Source: Diplonema japonicum
Taxonomy: Eukaryota > Protista > Euglenozoa: Diplonemea
Assembly: GCA_964019335.1 (NCBI GenBank)
Contig: OZ025666.1
Span: 620,001 to 684,000 of the forward strand
Length of the DNA: 64,000 nucleotides
Direction: 5' to 3'
Positions within the stretch are counted from its first letter, which is position 1; each line of letters opens with the position of its first letter. Position numbers and translations under genes: made by a program. Below are positions 24,961-36,330 of this stretch, in pieces. The notes under the pieces were generated by a model. It had not been told where the DNA came from, made no database searches, and saw only the letters and a list, made by a program, of their open reading frames with translations.

Positions 24961-26430
24961 ATGCAGCAAGATGTCGGGCTGCACCCCTCTAGCCCTGGGC
25001 GGCCCAGATCGCACAGCGACATGACAGTACGGTTTGAGGAGCCTGGGAAGAACAGCACGACGTCAAGATTAGGGAGCAGCACGCGACTCAGCAAAGCAGG
25101 CACATGGCGGGACAGTCTCGGGGGGCTCACGCTAGAGTCCCTCAACAAGTCTCCGCCGGGTTCACTGATGAAGTCGCCGTCTCTGCTTCCGAACGCCTCG
25201 ATGTACAAGCGCCCAAGGATGCGGCTGGGCAGCAAGGGTGCTGCGGTCAGTGTTGCGCTCAAGGGACGAATGCCAGGTGCCCCACCGCCGCCGCCACCCT
25301 CTGTCAGGAACAGCAAGCGAGACAGCATGTTCTTCAACGACAGCCCCATCGCCTCCCCAAGGATGGCGGGTGCAAGACACAGCAGCGCAATGACCCTGCC
25401 GTTGAACAAGGAGGAAAGGGACAGGCGACGAAGCTCCCTTGCCAGTGCCGCCCACTCGAGCAATGACACAAGCAATGACAAGCTCTCGATCAACGGGTGG
25501 CGTGTGAAGGTGAAGAAGATGTCGCCCAGCGACCTTGAGGCTGTCATCAGAACGCACGGGTCACTGATGTGGTCCCCGAAGTACGTGCGTGGCATCGGGA
25601 GGTCGGCCCTCGTCATCGACGACGACGAGAACGACCAGACGGCGAAGCTGCTATTCGAGAACCCGAGAGCCACGGCATGGCTCCCCCTGTCGTGCTTGGA
25701 CTTCTTGGGGAGGGGGGAGAAAGACAAGGATAAAGACAAGGATAAAGACAAAGACAAAGACAAAGACAAGGAGGAGAAGAAGGAAAAGGCGACCCCCAAG
25801 CAAGAATACGTGCCGGAGAAGAAAACAATTGTGCGCACGCTGAAAGTAGGGGACAGCGCATGCCTTATAGAGAGCTCATCGTCAATGGTGGGCACTGTGA
25901 TCGCGATAGACGACGATAGCCCGCACCCTATACTGATGAAGTGGGAGGGAAATCTGAGCGGGAAGGTGAAAACCTCATACCACAAAGACGAAGAACTGAA
26001 GAAGGTAGATGTAGGGGCACGTGCGACAGCCAACGAGTACGACCCCGAACTGGTCTTATTCCACCACTATGATTACGACAACGATGGATACTGGTCCATG
26101 GAAGAGACGAATAGGTGTTTAAGAGAGACCGGGCAGATGCTTCTGACGCAAGAGCAGTACGCAAAACTGTGTAAAGAAATGAGATGCGATCCAAAGAAAG
26201 GGTTCCTCCTAGCTGACCTTAGATCGATGCTCTCTTCCAAGGAAGTCAAGAGAATCTACCTTTCACTGAAGAAGCTGCTGGAAAAAACTAATATGCAAAA
26301 AGAACGTGGGTTGCCCTCGCCTACCCACCATGAAAAGCCCTCTGACAGTTCTTCTCTTCACTATTGGTCAAGCCCTGATAGATGGGCCTCTCCACAGAGA
26401 AGTTCTTCTGAGGTAACAGTTGATGTCTAG
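24961..26430 (+). CDS. Hypothetical protein with Ser/Pro-rich N-terminus, (DK)n tract and EF-hand-like motif
   Basis: ORF following CAG|GG; DYDNDGYWSMEE EF-like loop; coding hexamer repeat at ~25720-25770. Confidence 0.75.
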   Translation: MQQDVGLHPSSPGRPRSHSDMTVRFEEPGKNSTTSRLGSSTRLSKAGTWRDSLGGLTLESLNKSPPGSLMKSPSLLPNASMYKRPRMRLGSKGAAVSVALKGRMPGAPPPPPPSVRNSKRDSMFFNDSPIASPRMAGARHSSAMTLPLNKEERDRRRSSLASAAHSSNDTSNDKLSINGWRVKVKKMSPSDLEAVIRTHGSLMWSPKYVRGIGRSALVIDDDENDQTAKLLFENPRATAWLPLSCLDFLGRGEKDKDKDKDKDKDKDKDKEEKKEKATPKQEYVPEKKTIVRTLKVGDSACLIESSSSMVGTVIAIDDDSPHPILMKWEGNLSGKVKTSYHKDEELKKVDVGARATANEYDPELVLFHHYDYDNDGYWSMEETNRCLRETGQMLLTQEQYAKLCKEMRCDPKKGFLLADLRSMLSSKEVKRIYLSLKKLLEKTNMQKERGLPSPTHHEKPSDSSSLHYWSSPDRWASPQRSSSEVTVDV

Positions 26431-26467
26431 CCCCCCCACCTTAGCCTCTTTCTTTTTTTTTTTTTCA

Positions 26468-26596
26468 GGTGGTGGGGATAACATGGAAATATAAAGAAGT
26501 ACATCAGATGTGTTGTCCGCTGTTGACCTCCTCGTCGGTCATCACCGGTAGCGCCCAAGTGGAAGAAGCAGATGCTCTGGGTGGCGAACAGGCAGC
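26468..26596 (+). ncRNA. HDV-like self-cleaving ribozyme (intact fold)
   Basis: P1 ggtggtg(26468-74)/catcacc(26540-46); P2 gctgttg(26519-25)/caggcagc(26589-96); P3 acc/ggt; L3 tcctcgtc; P1.1 gg(26547-48); P4 cgccca/tgggtg; J4/2 gcgaa(26584-88). Confidence 0.85.
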
Positions 26597-26780
26597 AAAC
26601 TACACGGGCTCAGAATCTTGGTTACCCGGGGCGCCCCGGCTGGGGTTGAGCTGCACACCGCACGCATTAAGGACACGACGCGGAACGCAGAAGAAGCTAC
26701 AGCTAGGCCGAGGTGCGCCCCCTGTAATCAAGTAAATGGTGCTTGTGCAGGGTGCCCCCACCGGCTTCCTTTAAATCATC
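26468..26780 (+). mobile_element. SINE-like non-autonomous retroelement (family A), copy 1
   Basis: ~310 nt highly similar to 40263-40580; flanked by T-tracts; 5' HDV-like ribozyme; 3' tail cttcctttaaatcat resembles the LINE tail. Confidence 0.8.
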
Positions 26781-28762
26781 GAGTTTTTTTTTTTTTTTTT
26801 GATCTATGGCGGTGCGATAGAACAGAAAGAAAAGAAAGAAAAAGAAGATTGTTTGTAATTTTACTAGAAAAGAAGAAAGAAAAGAAAACACCCCTTTCTC
26901 TTTGAAGATTTTGTCTCAGCACGATTGAGTTCCTGCTTGTCTGATAGATATTGAGTCACATTGTTTACTTTTTTTTTTTTACTTTGTTTCTCCGGATAGT
27001 TTGCGTGAGAGTAAAGCAATGCCTTGGCGGTGAGTAAACTAGTAAAAGTGAACGGGGTAAAGAAGAGAAAACAGAAAGGGAGAAGGAAAGAAAAAGAAGA
27101 ACTTTAAAATAGCTGAAATTCACTTTTTTTTTTTTCCTTTAATTTTTTTTCCCTTCAAACAATAAGTCTGGCTCGATCCCCCCATTCCCCGGTTGTTCCC
27201 TTTTGTTCTAGTTTTTTTTTCTTTTTTAAAGAGAAGAATCTAGAACGCCTAGAAAGAGGAACGGTACATAAGCCCCCTCCCCTCCCTTCCCACACATCCA
27301 TCCCATCGCTGTGGGCCCCCCTTTCTGGTATGGCTCCTTTTATTCATTAAACGCTTCAGAGTGCTAATGTGAAGGCCTTGCCTTTCCTTCTTTAGAATTC
27401 TTTTGAGAGAAAACGGCTTCATATTAGAAATCTGAAGGGTTAAATTTTTTTTCTCGTTTTTTTTTTTTGAAGTTAGAAGCTAGCCGAGGCTAGGCTTGCT
27501 CACCAATGAGTGAGCTGTAGCCAGCACCCCTTACTTGGGGCGTCTTTCTAGTATTTTTTCCCTTCGGACCTTCTAGCTTCGCTGAAAATGTTTCAGTTTT
27601 TCTTTAAGGTGGAAGAGCCAAGGCAAAAGAAGAAGGGGTAAGAAAAAAAAGTGGGGGGGGAAAGGAAAAGGCGTTTATGCTATATCCCACATTTTATCCC
27701 TCCCCTCTTCACGTTTTTTCCCCTTTCCTCCCCCCCCCGTTTCCAGCTTCCCCCCCCCCTTTTTTTTGTCTCTCTTTCCTTTCATATTTTTTTCCATAAA
27801 TAAGAAAACAGCGGGGGGGGGGGAAGAAAAGAAAAGATATTAGTTTCGTTTATTTTATTGGCTATTTGCGTACCTCACTCCCCTCTCCTCCCCCGCCCCT
27901 CTCCATCCCCTGTTCCTATTATTTCTACGCTTCTTGTCACCAGTGTCGATCTTAATGCCAGGCTAGTATTTAAATACAAGGTGGGCGTCACTAGTAGTGG
28001 CAGTGTCAATACACTTTGTTACTGGTAGCAAGGGAGGGGTGGCAAAAGGTTGTATATTTTTTTTTTAATCTTTTCATTTATTTTGATTCTTGTTCCTCTC
28101 TTTTTTACCCCCAGCAAAAAAAGAAAAGGGGGCTGGGGGGGAGGGAAGGAAGAAAGGAAAGAAAAATAGAAAAGAGAAAAGGGGGGGGGGGTCAGAATGG
28201 GGTAGCGTACGGCCCCCTCTTTCTTTCCTTTCTTCTTTTTTCTTTTGTTACAAATAATTTATCTTTCAAAAAATGATTTTATAACTATATGCAACTTGTA
28301 CCGAGCAAAAAACTTTCGCAGCTTTTTAAAAAACCTTTTTTGCTCGTGCGAACAACAAAGACATATAGTCATAAAGAATTTTTTTTTTCCTTCTTTTCCC
28401 CTTTTCTCTCTTTCTCCCACTTCCCCTTTTCTAATCCACTCCTACCCACCTTCCCAGTTGACAATAACAAACTCGTCAAAAAAGGTTTTTTTTTTTATGC
28501 ATGGCCCTTGGCCTAAATACCGAGCGGAACAGTCACTGGTCTTTTTATCAACAAAAAAGGGATATGAGGAGAGCTCAAAAAGAAAAAAGAAAAAAAAAAA
28601 GCTAAGCCGCAAAAAGAAATATTGCAAAAAGTCCACCTCAATTTTTATTGGTTATAACTTATCCTAGTCTTTCACGAAAGAGAGATGAAAAAAAAAAAAG
28701 AGAAAAAAAAAATGACACAAAGGGAAAAAAAAGAAGAAGAAAAAAGACCCCTATCAGCCCAA

Positions 28763-28808
<46 letters not shown>

Positions 28809-29269
28809 GAATTTACAAGCAATCAATTTGGTCTTTTTTCTTCTCTCTCTCTCTTTTTTTTTTGTCGAATTTTTTTAACACCTAAATTTAATTTTTTTTT
28901 TCCCAAGTAAAGTTTTATAGTCAAGCGATCAACTCTCCACCTACTGGGTCGCTAGTACTAGCCGTTGAAGGCCTGAAGCAGAGACAGCAGCTATCACGAG
29001 AATGCTGTGCAATGCTGTGTTGTCCTTTTTTTTGTGCGGATTTGGTGTTTCCGAGGTCTTTAGTTTATTGGGTAGGGTTTCCCCCTATATGGTTAAAAAA
29101 CACAACCCGAGAGGAGAATAAAGACCTTTCACCCTATTTTGGGGAGAGAAAAAAAAAAAAGAAAATAAAAAAGTTTCGCGGTTCGTCCTCTCGGTGTTCT
29201 TCGGAAAAGGGTGTAAGTTTTATTTTTATTTTTATTTGAACTTGCACTCGACTTTGAGGAAACAACCGG

Positions 29270-29645
29270 TAAGTCACTGGGAGTCTACAACATGCAGAGG
29301 AAGGCACGCAGAATCAAGCTGTTGGTGGAGAGAGCCAACGCAGTGTGCAGAACGAGACGGATAAGATGCCCCTTCCCTGCGGACGGGGCAAAGAGGGTCA
29401 AGTCGCTCACAGCGATCGGAGGCAAGGCTGCAATAGGCTTTAACCGATCTTCGCATCAAGACAGACAGCGCAAAAGCTACAGGAGTTGAAAGGGACATAC
29501 AAGAAAGAACGCGTGTCGAAACTACGAAAAGCTTTAAAGGCGACAATAGGAACGAAGGCTATGCTCCAGAAGGGGAGCATTAATAGATAGAAACTCACAC
29601 CACAAGAGGCTGTCCTCCAGTGGGGTTGTCTTTTACTATGAGTTG
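29270..29645 (+). mobile_element. Degenerate 3' remnant of a non-LTR retrotransposon related to family B
   Basis: RKARR..FPADGAKRVKSLTAIGGKAAIGF aligns with QKARR..FPAEPCKRVHTLRSIGGTKAAIGW of ORF 38088; ends in an aactca..tgagtt hairpin. Confidence 0.65.
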
Positions 29646-29918
29646 TTTTTTTATTCGACTTACAGCGTCTTTTTTCAAACCTCTTTTTTCTTCTTTTTTC
29701 TTTTTTTTTTCTTCTATCTTTGGGGACAAAAGAAACAGGGAGAAATTTAAAAAGAGAAGGAAAATAAGTTTGGTTTTTTTTTTCTTTTTTATTTTTCTTT
29801 TACCAGCCACCTCCCCCCCTTTATTGTCCAACACAACACAAATAAAAAAAAAAGAAAATACAACAAGAAAAACACTACAGACAGAACAATGGGAAGATAA
29901 AGAAGAAGATAATAATTA

Positions 29919-32900
29919 ATGATAATGAACCGCATCTCGCTGTGCGTGCTTCTTGTCCTTCAGGGTATATTGGCTGGCGGCCAATACACACTGACTAAGG
30001 AAGATGTGGTGTGCAGTGAATCAAGATGCCTGTTAAACCTGTCCCAGGTGGGGCACTCACACGTTGTAGTGACAGATGAGGTGATCATCCCAATGAAGGA
30101 GTACGCTGTATGGGCAGAGTCGCCGGTCAAAATACTGGAATTGCACACCAGCATCGCGCGAGCTTCTCTTCTGACGGTCAAGAATGTAACAGTCATTGGG
30201 CGCAATGGTGCCACGATTCACTCCGGGGGACATGTGCAGCTCTCTGGCACCTTGCACTTTGAGGACACCCTCATTACGTCTGATACAAGCCTCAACATTA
30301 GCTGCGGTACTTCGATCACTGGAACCTCTTCTCACATTTTCTCCAGCGGCTCTACTCACTTTGGAGACCAAGGCTGCCCTAACTCAATTATTTCAACGAA
30401 TATCCCAATCGTTTTCTCAAAGCAGTCCAGCATCTCCATCCACTCCGACACTTCCGTCTCCTCCTTCTCGGCAGAGGCCGCCTCTCTCCTCCTTGCCAGC
30501 GACGCATCCCTCACACTGCACGACGGTAGCCTCATCTCATCTTGGGTCTGCATGTCCCCTTCGTCAGCTCTGCATTTCGACACCACCTCTGCCTCCCCCT
30601 TCAGACTCAATGAGTCGACCTTCACAATAGACTCGAACACTAGCTACTCCGACAGCTCCTCGTATCCTAAGGTTGAGATATCGTCTCTGATGAAGATTAG
30701 GGAGTCAGCCTTCTCACCTTGCATCGCCGTTTCTGTGAATAATAGCGCTGAGGTACTGCTGATAGGTCCAACCACACTGCACGGCTCCTTGGAGCTTGTG
30801 AGCGGCACCTTAGCGGGGATGGGTTCGCTGGACCTCAGTTCCTTGTCGTGGGACGTGTCCTTCAGGATTGCGGAGGATGTCACGATCGTGCTTCGCGATG
30901 AGGGCATCGTGCACGGTGAGGGCCAGCAAAAGATAAACGAGACACGAGGCACCATGAAAGTGATGCAGAATGCCAGCCTCTCTTTAAACAGTGGGCAGGT
31001 GTGCATGCTGGTGCCCGTGCATTTTGTCGTCAACGGGCAGGTCAGAGTTACGGGCTGTGTCACACTCCTCGACAGCGACTGGTTGCTGCAGGACCGCATA
31101 GGCGCAGAACCCTTGCTCAAAGCGAGGTCTATAACAGATGGCCGTGTAATGCTGCATGGGAAGCATGTCTTCGACTGCAACCGGTCAGAAGCCACACCAG
31201 CGCCGACAGCGATGCTAAGCGGCGACCAGGAGATGGATCGAAGTGAGTGGCAGCCGTGCTTGGTAGCTTCGTACATCCATGCCATCACACTGCTGCCTGC
31301 CGCGCAGATGACACTCCGTGACGCCGTCACAGTGGACGCGCAGGAGCTCCATCTTTCCAACGGCAGCACGTTGCTTGTGTTGGGAAACAATGTGAAGACC
31401 ACTGCATCTATTACATCTCACGAGGAAGCCACTATTAAGGTTCTGGGTACAAACGCTGTGTTCAGGGTGGTAGGTGATATCCACTCGAGGGGGAATCTGA
31501 CGCTGGGCATCAGCTCAGCCACGGCATGTGAGAACAGTCCCCTGCAGCTGGAAGGCAATCTGAAGATAGAGCCTTCGTCTGTGCTGCGGTGCGCGGAGAC
31601 GCTGTGGCCTCAGAATGGGGAATACAAGCCTATCGCAAGATGGACGGGTGTGGTGACTCTCCCCAACGAAGGCGTCACTTTGCGGGACTGCACAGACGAC
31701 AAGCGTGTGACGTACACGCTGCACAAGCACAGCGACATGCTTCTGTTGCAGTTCTTCGTTGAGAGGGGGTGGGAAAATGAGAAGCAGGTGTACGCAGGCT
31801 ACACAGTCTGCATGGCTGCTGTCTTTGTATTGATGACGCCTCTGTTCATGAACCTTGGGTGGCGTGGTATACTCCAGCAGATCACGCGACGGCCTCCTGT
31901 CGCGGTGGTGCTCAAGTGGCATGAATTCCGCATCTTCCTCCCCAACTTTGTTGTCGCCTTCTTCATGGCTTTTGAGGTCTTATGGCTTTGCGGCGTAATG
32001 TTCCACCCCAGCGTGCCTCTCCCTAACCAACTATCGCGCTTGCAAGGCTGGTTCCATCGTTGGGTGTACCTGCGTGCCAGCACCATGAAGGGCTTCGAGA
32101 CGGGCTTCGGGCTTTGCGCGAGCTTTGTGCTCATTTGGTGCTTGGCTTGGGTTCCTCTCCTTGTCAGCAAGCGAAGCACAGGTGTGCTGGCGGAATGCAT
32201 TGACTTCAGACGGTACCTTTCTCGGTTCTTGGTGTTTCATCGAAACATCACCGCACTGGGGAACTTCGTACTACTTCCGGCACTGACTATACTGCTGCAG
32301 CCCTTTAACTGTTTGTGCGGCGACAAGGAGCGAGGTGTCGTGCTGAGCGTGAACATGTCTGTGTCCTGTTGGGAGACAACATACCACTTCGGTCTCATCC
32401 TCATCTCATCCGTTGCCTCTATCATGCTGTGCGCGCTGTGTGTGTGGAGCGCTAGCAACCAGACTATCCCTTTCGGTCACCCTCCTTACAGGATTGACTT
32501 AGACCTTCGGAACAAAGGAGTTTTTGAGGCCATGCGTGTTTCACTTCTAATGATGCAAGTAGTTACCATGTCTGTCTTTGACCAAGATGTGGTGAGCCTG
32601 CTTGTTGTGTCTTTTATAATACAGGCCTTGTACCTTGTACTCACACTCACGAGTGCCCCTTGTGGACACTACAACATCAACAGCTTCCGTGTACACGGTC
32701 TCTGTCTTTCTGTATGGGGCATCTTCGTCTCTGGCTGCTGCACGTGGTTCTACGGCCCTTTCCCCCTTCCCTCGTGCGGCACTATCGGTGCTGCGTTTGC
32801 CTTTCTCTACCTTTGCGGTGTGCTCCTCCTGTGCTTCAAGCACTACTACGAGTCTACACTTACCATCCACAACGAGCAGACAGAGCTCTCAAATGCTGTC

Positions 32901-34407
32901 CTCGCACGCCAGGAGGTCGTCAAGAACATCAGGGAGAAGATCGTGCTGCTGCGCGGAGAGTCATACAAGGACAGCACGCTTATTCCCGAGACGCCCACTG
33001 GCGAGGACGGAAGTGGGCTTGGCAGCAGCACAGGACAGTTAACAACGCGTGTCGAGATCGCCCGCCTGCAGCTGCAGTACATGAAGGAGCTAGAGGGGTA
33101 CAGGGCGTTCAAGGAAAAGTTCCTGATGCCCTACTACCTAGGGAGGGAAGCGGAAGAGGTGAACAGCGTGGAGATGCTTGAGTTAGAGTTCGACCCCGGC
33201 CTCGAGTACGAGGGGTGGGTGAAAGGCCAGCTGTTGGGCAGGGGAAGTTTCGGGAGTGTATATCTGGGTGTGCTGAGGGGTGGGGGCCTCATTGCAGTGA
33301 AGGTGATTGACCTCCGACAAGGGGACGCCAAGCGGCCTGAGGAGATGCAGAAGATCAAAAAAGAAGTAGACTTCATACGGTCGCTGAAGCATCCCAACAT
33401 CGTGGAATACAAAGCCTGTACTTTTGACGAAGAGAATAATGCAATCCACATTTTTATGGAGTACGCGGTTGGGGGGTCACTGACGTCTCTGGTGCGCAGG
33501 TGCACAGAGCGCCTTGGGGAAGAGGTGATACGTCTGTACATGCTGCATATCCTGAGGGGTTTGGTATACCTGCACTCGAAAGGCGTGGTGCATAGGGATA
33601 TCAAGGGCGAGAACATATTACTTGATGCAGCTGGGACTGCAAAGTTAGCCGATTTTGGATGCGCTGTCCAGACGCAGGCTCAGCAAACTGCGTGCGGCAC
33701 TCTTATCGGTTCGCCTTACTGGATGGCACCCGAGGTGATTAAAAACAAGGGCTACGGGAGCAAAGCAGACATATGGTCGGTTGGCTGCACAGCAGTCGAA
33801 GCACTGAATGGGTATGCCTTCATTCCTTACATCACGCTATATCAGTGGAAGCCCTCCTTGGAAGGAGTTTGACACCGTCTTCGCCGCGATGTACTACATC
33901 AGCAACGCTACTGAGGAGCCTAACAACATGCCGCCTGGCCTAAGCCCCTTGTGCATCTCGTTCTTGGGGATATGCTTCGAAAGGGATACCACGAAGCGGG
34001 CCAATGCTGAGGTATGCTCTACTGCGCAAGGCACACTGAACAGGAGCTTCTTAACCACCCGTGGGTGGCTGACTTCCAGGAGTACGAACCCAGAACAAGG
34101 GATTTTGTATCTCGGAAGTGCGCTGAAGACAAGGCAAAGCTCGACGACTACCAGGTATGACCGTCCTTCATGCCACACCTTGCACACAGACGCTTGTCGA
34201 TACTGTTGTAACCGACGGCCCAGACTACACAGGAGAGGTATGCAACCAGAAGCCCAGCAACCACTCACACAGAGCTCATTTAGGCATCGCTCCAACAGCA
34301 GCATGTCTGGACCCAGTTCAGTTCCCCCAACCAATTCATCACCCCTCATGTCTGGTGGCTACTGTCGGCTGTCGACTGCAGAGGAGGGTCACTTTGAAGA
34401 AGCGTAG
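29919..34407 (+). CDS. Multi-pass transmembrane STE11/MAP3K-like kinase with signal peptide and large extracellular region; introns 33812-33845, 34012-34043, 34155-34189, 34238-34272
   Basis: Hydrophobic N-terminus, ~9 TM segments, GRGSFG, FMEY..GGSL, HRDIKGEN, GSPYWMAPEV; splicing restores G.PPW and ELLNHPW. Confidence 0.9.
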
Positions 34408-34489
34408 ATCTAGCATGTCGCCTGTTCCATACCTTATGTCTAACTTCTTTACTTACTCATTGTGCTGTCGTGTGCATTCCTTACAGGTG

Positions 34490-36253
34490 ATGGCAGGCAA
34501 GGCGAGGTCAAGGCACAGGGATGAAAGAAAGTTCCCGTCGTATCTCTTGGCAGGGCTGGTCGTCGGTGTGGTCGCTATACTGGTAGGTGTTGTGATGTTC
34601 AGGGGAGCTTTCATACCAGCTAAAGGTAGTACAAAGCAGAAAGGGCCCATTGCAAAGGGAGGGAGCACGGTGGTGATGGCGGCTAGTGACGGGACTGTGG
34701 TGACTATGTTCCCAGAAGAGGAGCATCCGCAGCTTGTGCTTGCATGCGTGAGGGGGGACGTGGCTGCCGTGACTCAGATGCTGGAGCACAAGAAGCTCAG
34801 CAGCAGTGTGAACAAGGACTCCAACATCATCGAAAAGGTTCTTGCGGCGAGGTTCGATACGAATGACGTCAGCGATAGGCACAACGAGGTGGTGCGCGTG
34901 CTGCTGAAGAGTAACAACAAGCTGATCGACAGTGGGAGGGCATTGTGCCCGATATTCCATTCTGTCTCTTACAGGAACCACCGTGCCCTGGGCATCATGC
35001 TCGACATGTCCGACAAGGACATCCTCCGCAAGTGCCTCGCACAGCGCGATGGGAACGCGAGGACAGTGCTACACCTCTCGTCGCAGTCTCAGGCAGCAGG
35101 TATGAGCAGACTGTACCTCGCCTTCAAGGGCATGGGCAAGGACGTACCGCAGAACATCCTCGAATCCATGGACTTGCGGAAGCCGTCACTCAGCGAGATG
35201 AACTTTAAGGACTTGACAGCCGCATGCGGCTCGAAAGATATAGAGATGTTGGTGCGAGCGGGTGCTGACTGTGCCGCCACGGATTCCCAAGGGAGGACCC
35301 CTCTGCACTTTGCCGCCTACGACGGACACAAGAGAGCCGTCAAGACACTGTTAAAGGCGTGTCCCGAGGCTGAGACACTATCCGCGCTGAAGGCTAGCAC
35401 CTGGTCACCCAAGGCCCTGGCCGTCATTGCAGGGCATCCGGGAGTGGCTGACCTCCTGCAGGGAGACGACGCACCTCCGGAGAAAACATTCCCCGCACCC
35501 GTCAGCACGTACGAGGCACCGATGAACGAGTGGGCTAACTCTTCGCACGGCTCGCCATACAACAACAGCGAGCAGTGCCCCTTCAAGAGAGTGTCCTGCG
35601 ACGACATCACCATGCAAGACTTCGAAGAGGCATTCATGGTGCCGGGACAGCCGGTGTTTTTGGTAAACTGCATGAACAGTTGGAAGGCGGCAAGCGAATG
35701 GACAAAAACTGGACTTGTGTGGAAATACGGTGGTGTCAAGCTGTCTGTCGGGGGCATAGCGTACCCAGAGACGTACGGCATGAAAGGAAGGTCGGTAGAG
35801 CTCAGGGAGTGGGTCAACGAGGTGAACGAGCTTGCGGGTGGGGAGGCCAAGGAGAAGGGCACACCGTTCGCCTTTGAGGGGCGCATAGGGCAGATGTCGG
35901 AAGGCGCAGTGTACGAGGACTTTGAGGTGCCGGAGTTTCTTGAGGAGCAGCCTGTGCACTCGTTGGAGTTCTCACTAGGCCCTCCTCTGTCGGGGGCGAA
36001 CATGCACCTGCACGGCGAGGTTCTCTCGTCGCTTGTATCGGGGAGGAAGAGGTGGACGCTCACACCGCCTGGCACGGCTTACTTCTCAACAGAGTTATCA
36101 AAGAAGTTCCTCGATGCGGGAAACCACAACAAACCGCACACCTACACATGCTACCAGAACGCGGGGGAGATGCTGTACGTCCCACGGTGCTGGGGCCACT
36201 CGGTGCTCAACATCGACACCATCGTGTCACTCGTCATCACCATACGTGTCTAG
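34490..36253 (+). CDS. Signal-anchored ankyrin-repeat plus JmjC (JMJD8-like) protein
   Basis: N-terminal TM helix, GRTPLHFAA ankyrin, JmjC motifs GANMHLHG, GRKRW, QNAGEMLYVPRCWGHSVLN. Confidence 0.85.
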   Translation: MAGKARSRHRDERKFPSYLLAGLVVGVVAILVGVVMFRGAFIPAKGSTKQKGPIAKGGSTVVMAASDGTVVTMFPEEEHPQLVLACVRGDVAAVTQMLEHKKLSSSVNKDSNIIEKVLAARFDTNDVSDRHNEVVRVLLKSNNKLIDSGRALCPIFHSVSYRNHRALGIMLDMSDKDILRKCLAQRDGNARTVLHLSSQSQAAGMSRLYLAFKGMGKDVPQNILESMDLRKPSLSEMNFKDLTAACGSKDIEMLVRAGADCAATDSQGRTPLHFAAYDGHKRAVKTLLKACPEAETLSALKASTWSPKALAVIAGHPGVADLLQGDDAPPEKTFPAPVSTYEAPMNEWANSSHGSPYNNSEQCPFKRVSCDDITMQDFEEAFMVPGQPVFLVNCMNSWKAASEWTKTGLVWKYGGVKLSVGGIAYPETYGMKGRSVELREWVNEVNELAGGEAKEKGTPFAFEGRIGQMSEGAVYEDFEVPEFLEEQPVHSLEFSLGPPLSGANMHLHGEVLSSLVSGRKRWTLTPPGTAYFSTELSKKFLDAGNHNKPHTYTCYQNAGEMLYVPRCWGHSVLNIDTIVSLVITIRV

Positions 36254-36330
36254 AGTGCTCGCCCCCCGATAGAGATTTCTCATTTCCATTTTTTTTGTCC
36301 CCCCCGATTATCATCCAACAGCAAGGGAAG

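Noticed and set aside
25720-25770. gacaag/gataaa tandem repeat as a separate element
   Set aside because: Simple coding microsatellite giving (DK)n
26469-26735. 88-aa ORF (and 40345-40527) ending GRGAPPVIK as a small host gene
   Set aside because: Lies inside the ribozyme-bearing repeat and the 5' frame differs between copies; at best a retroelement ORF remnant
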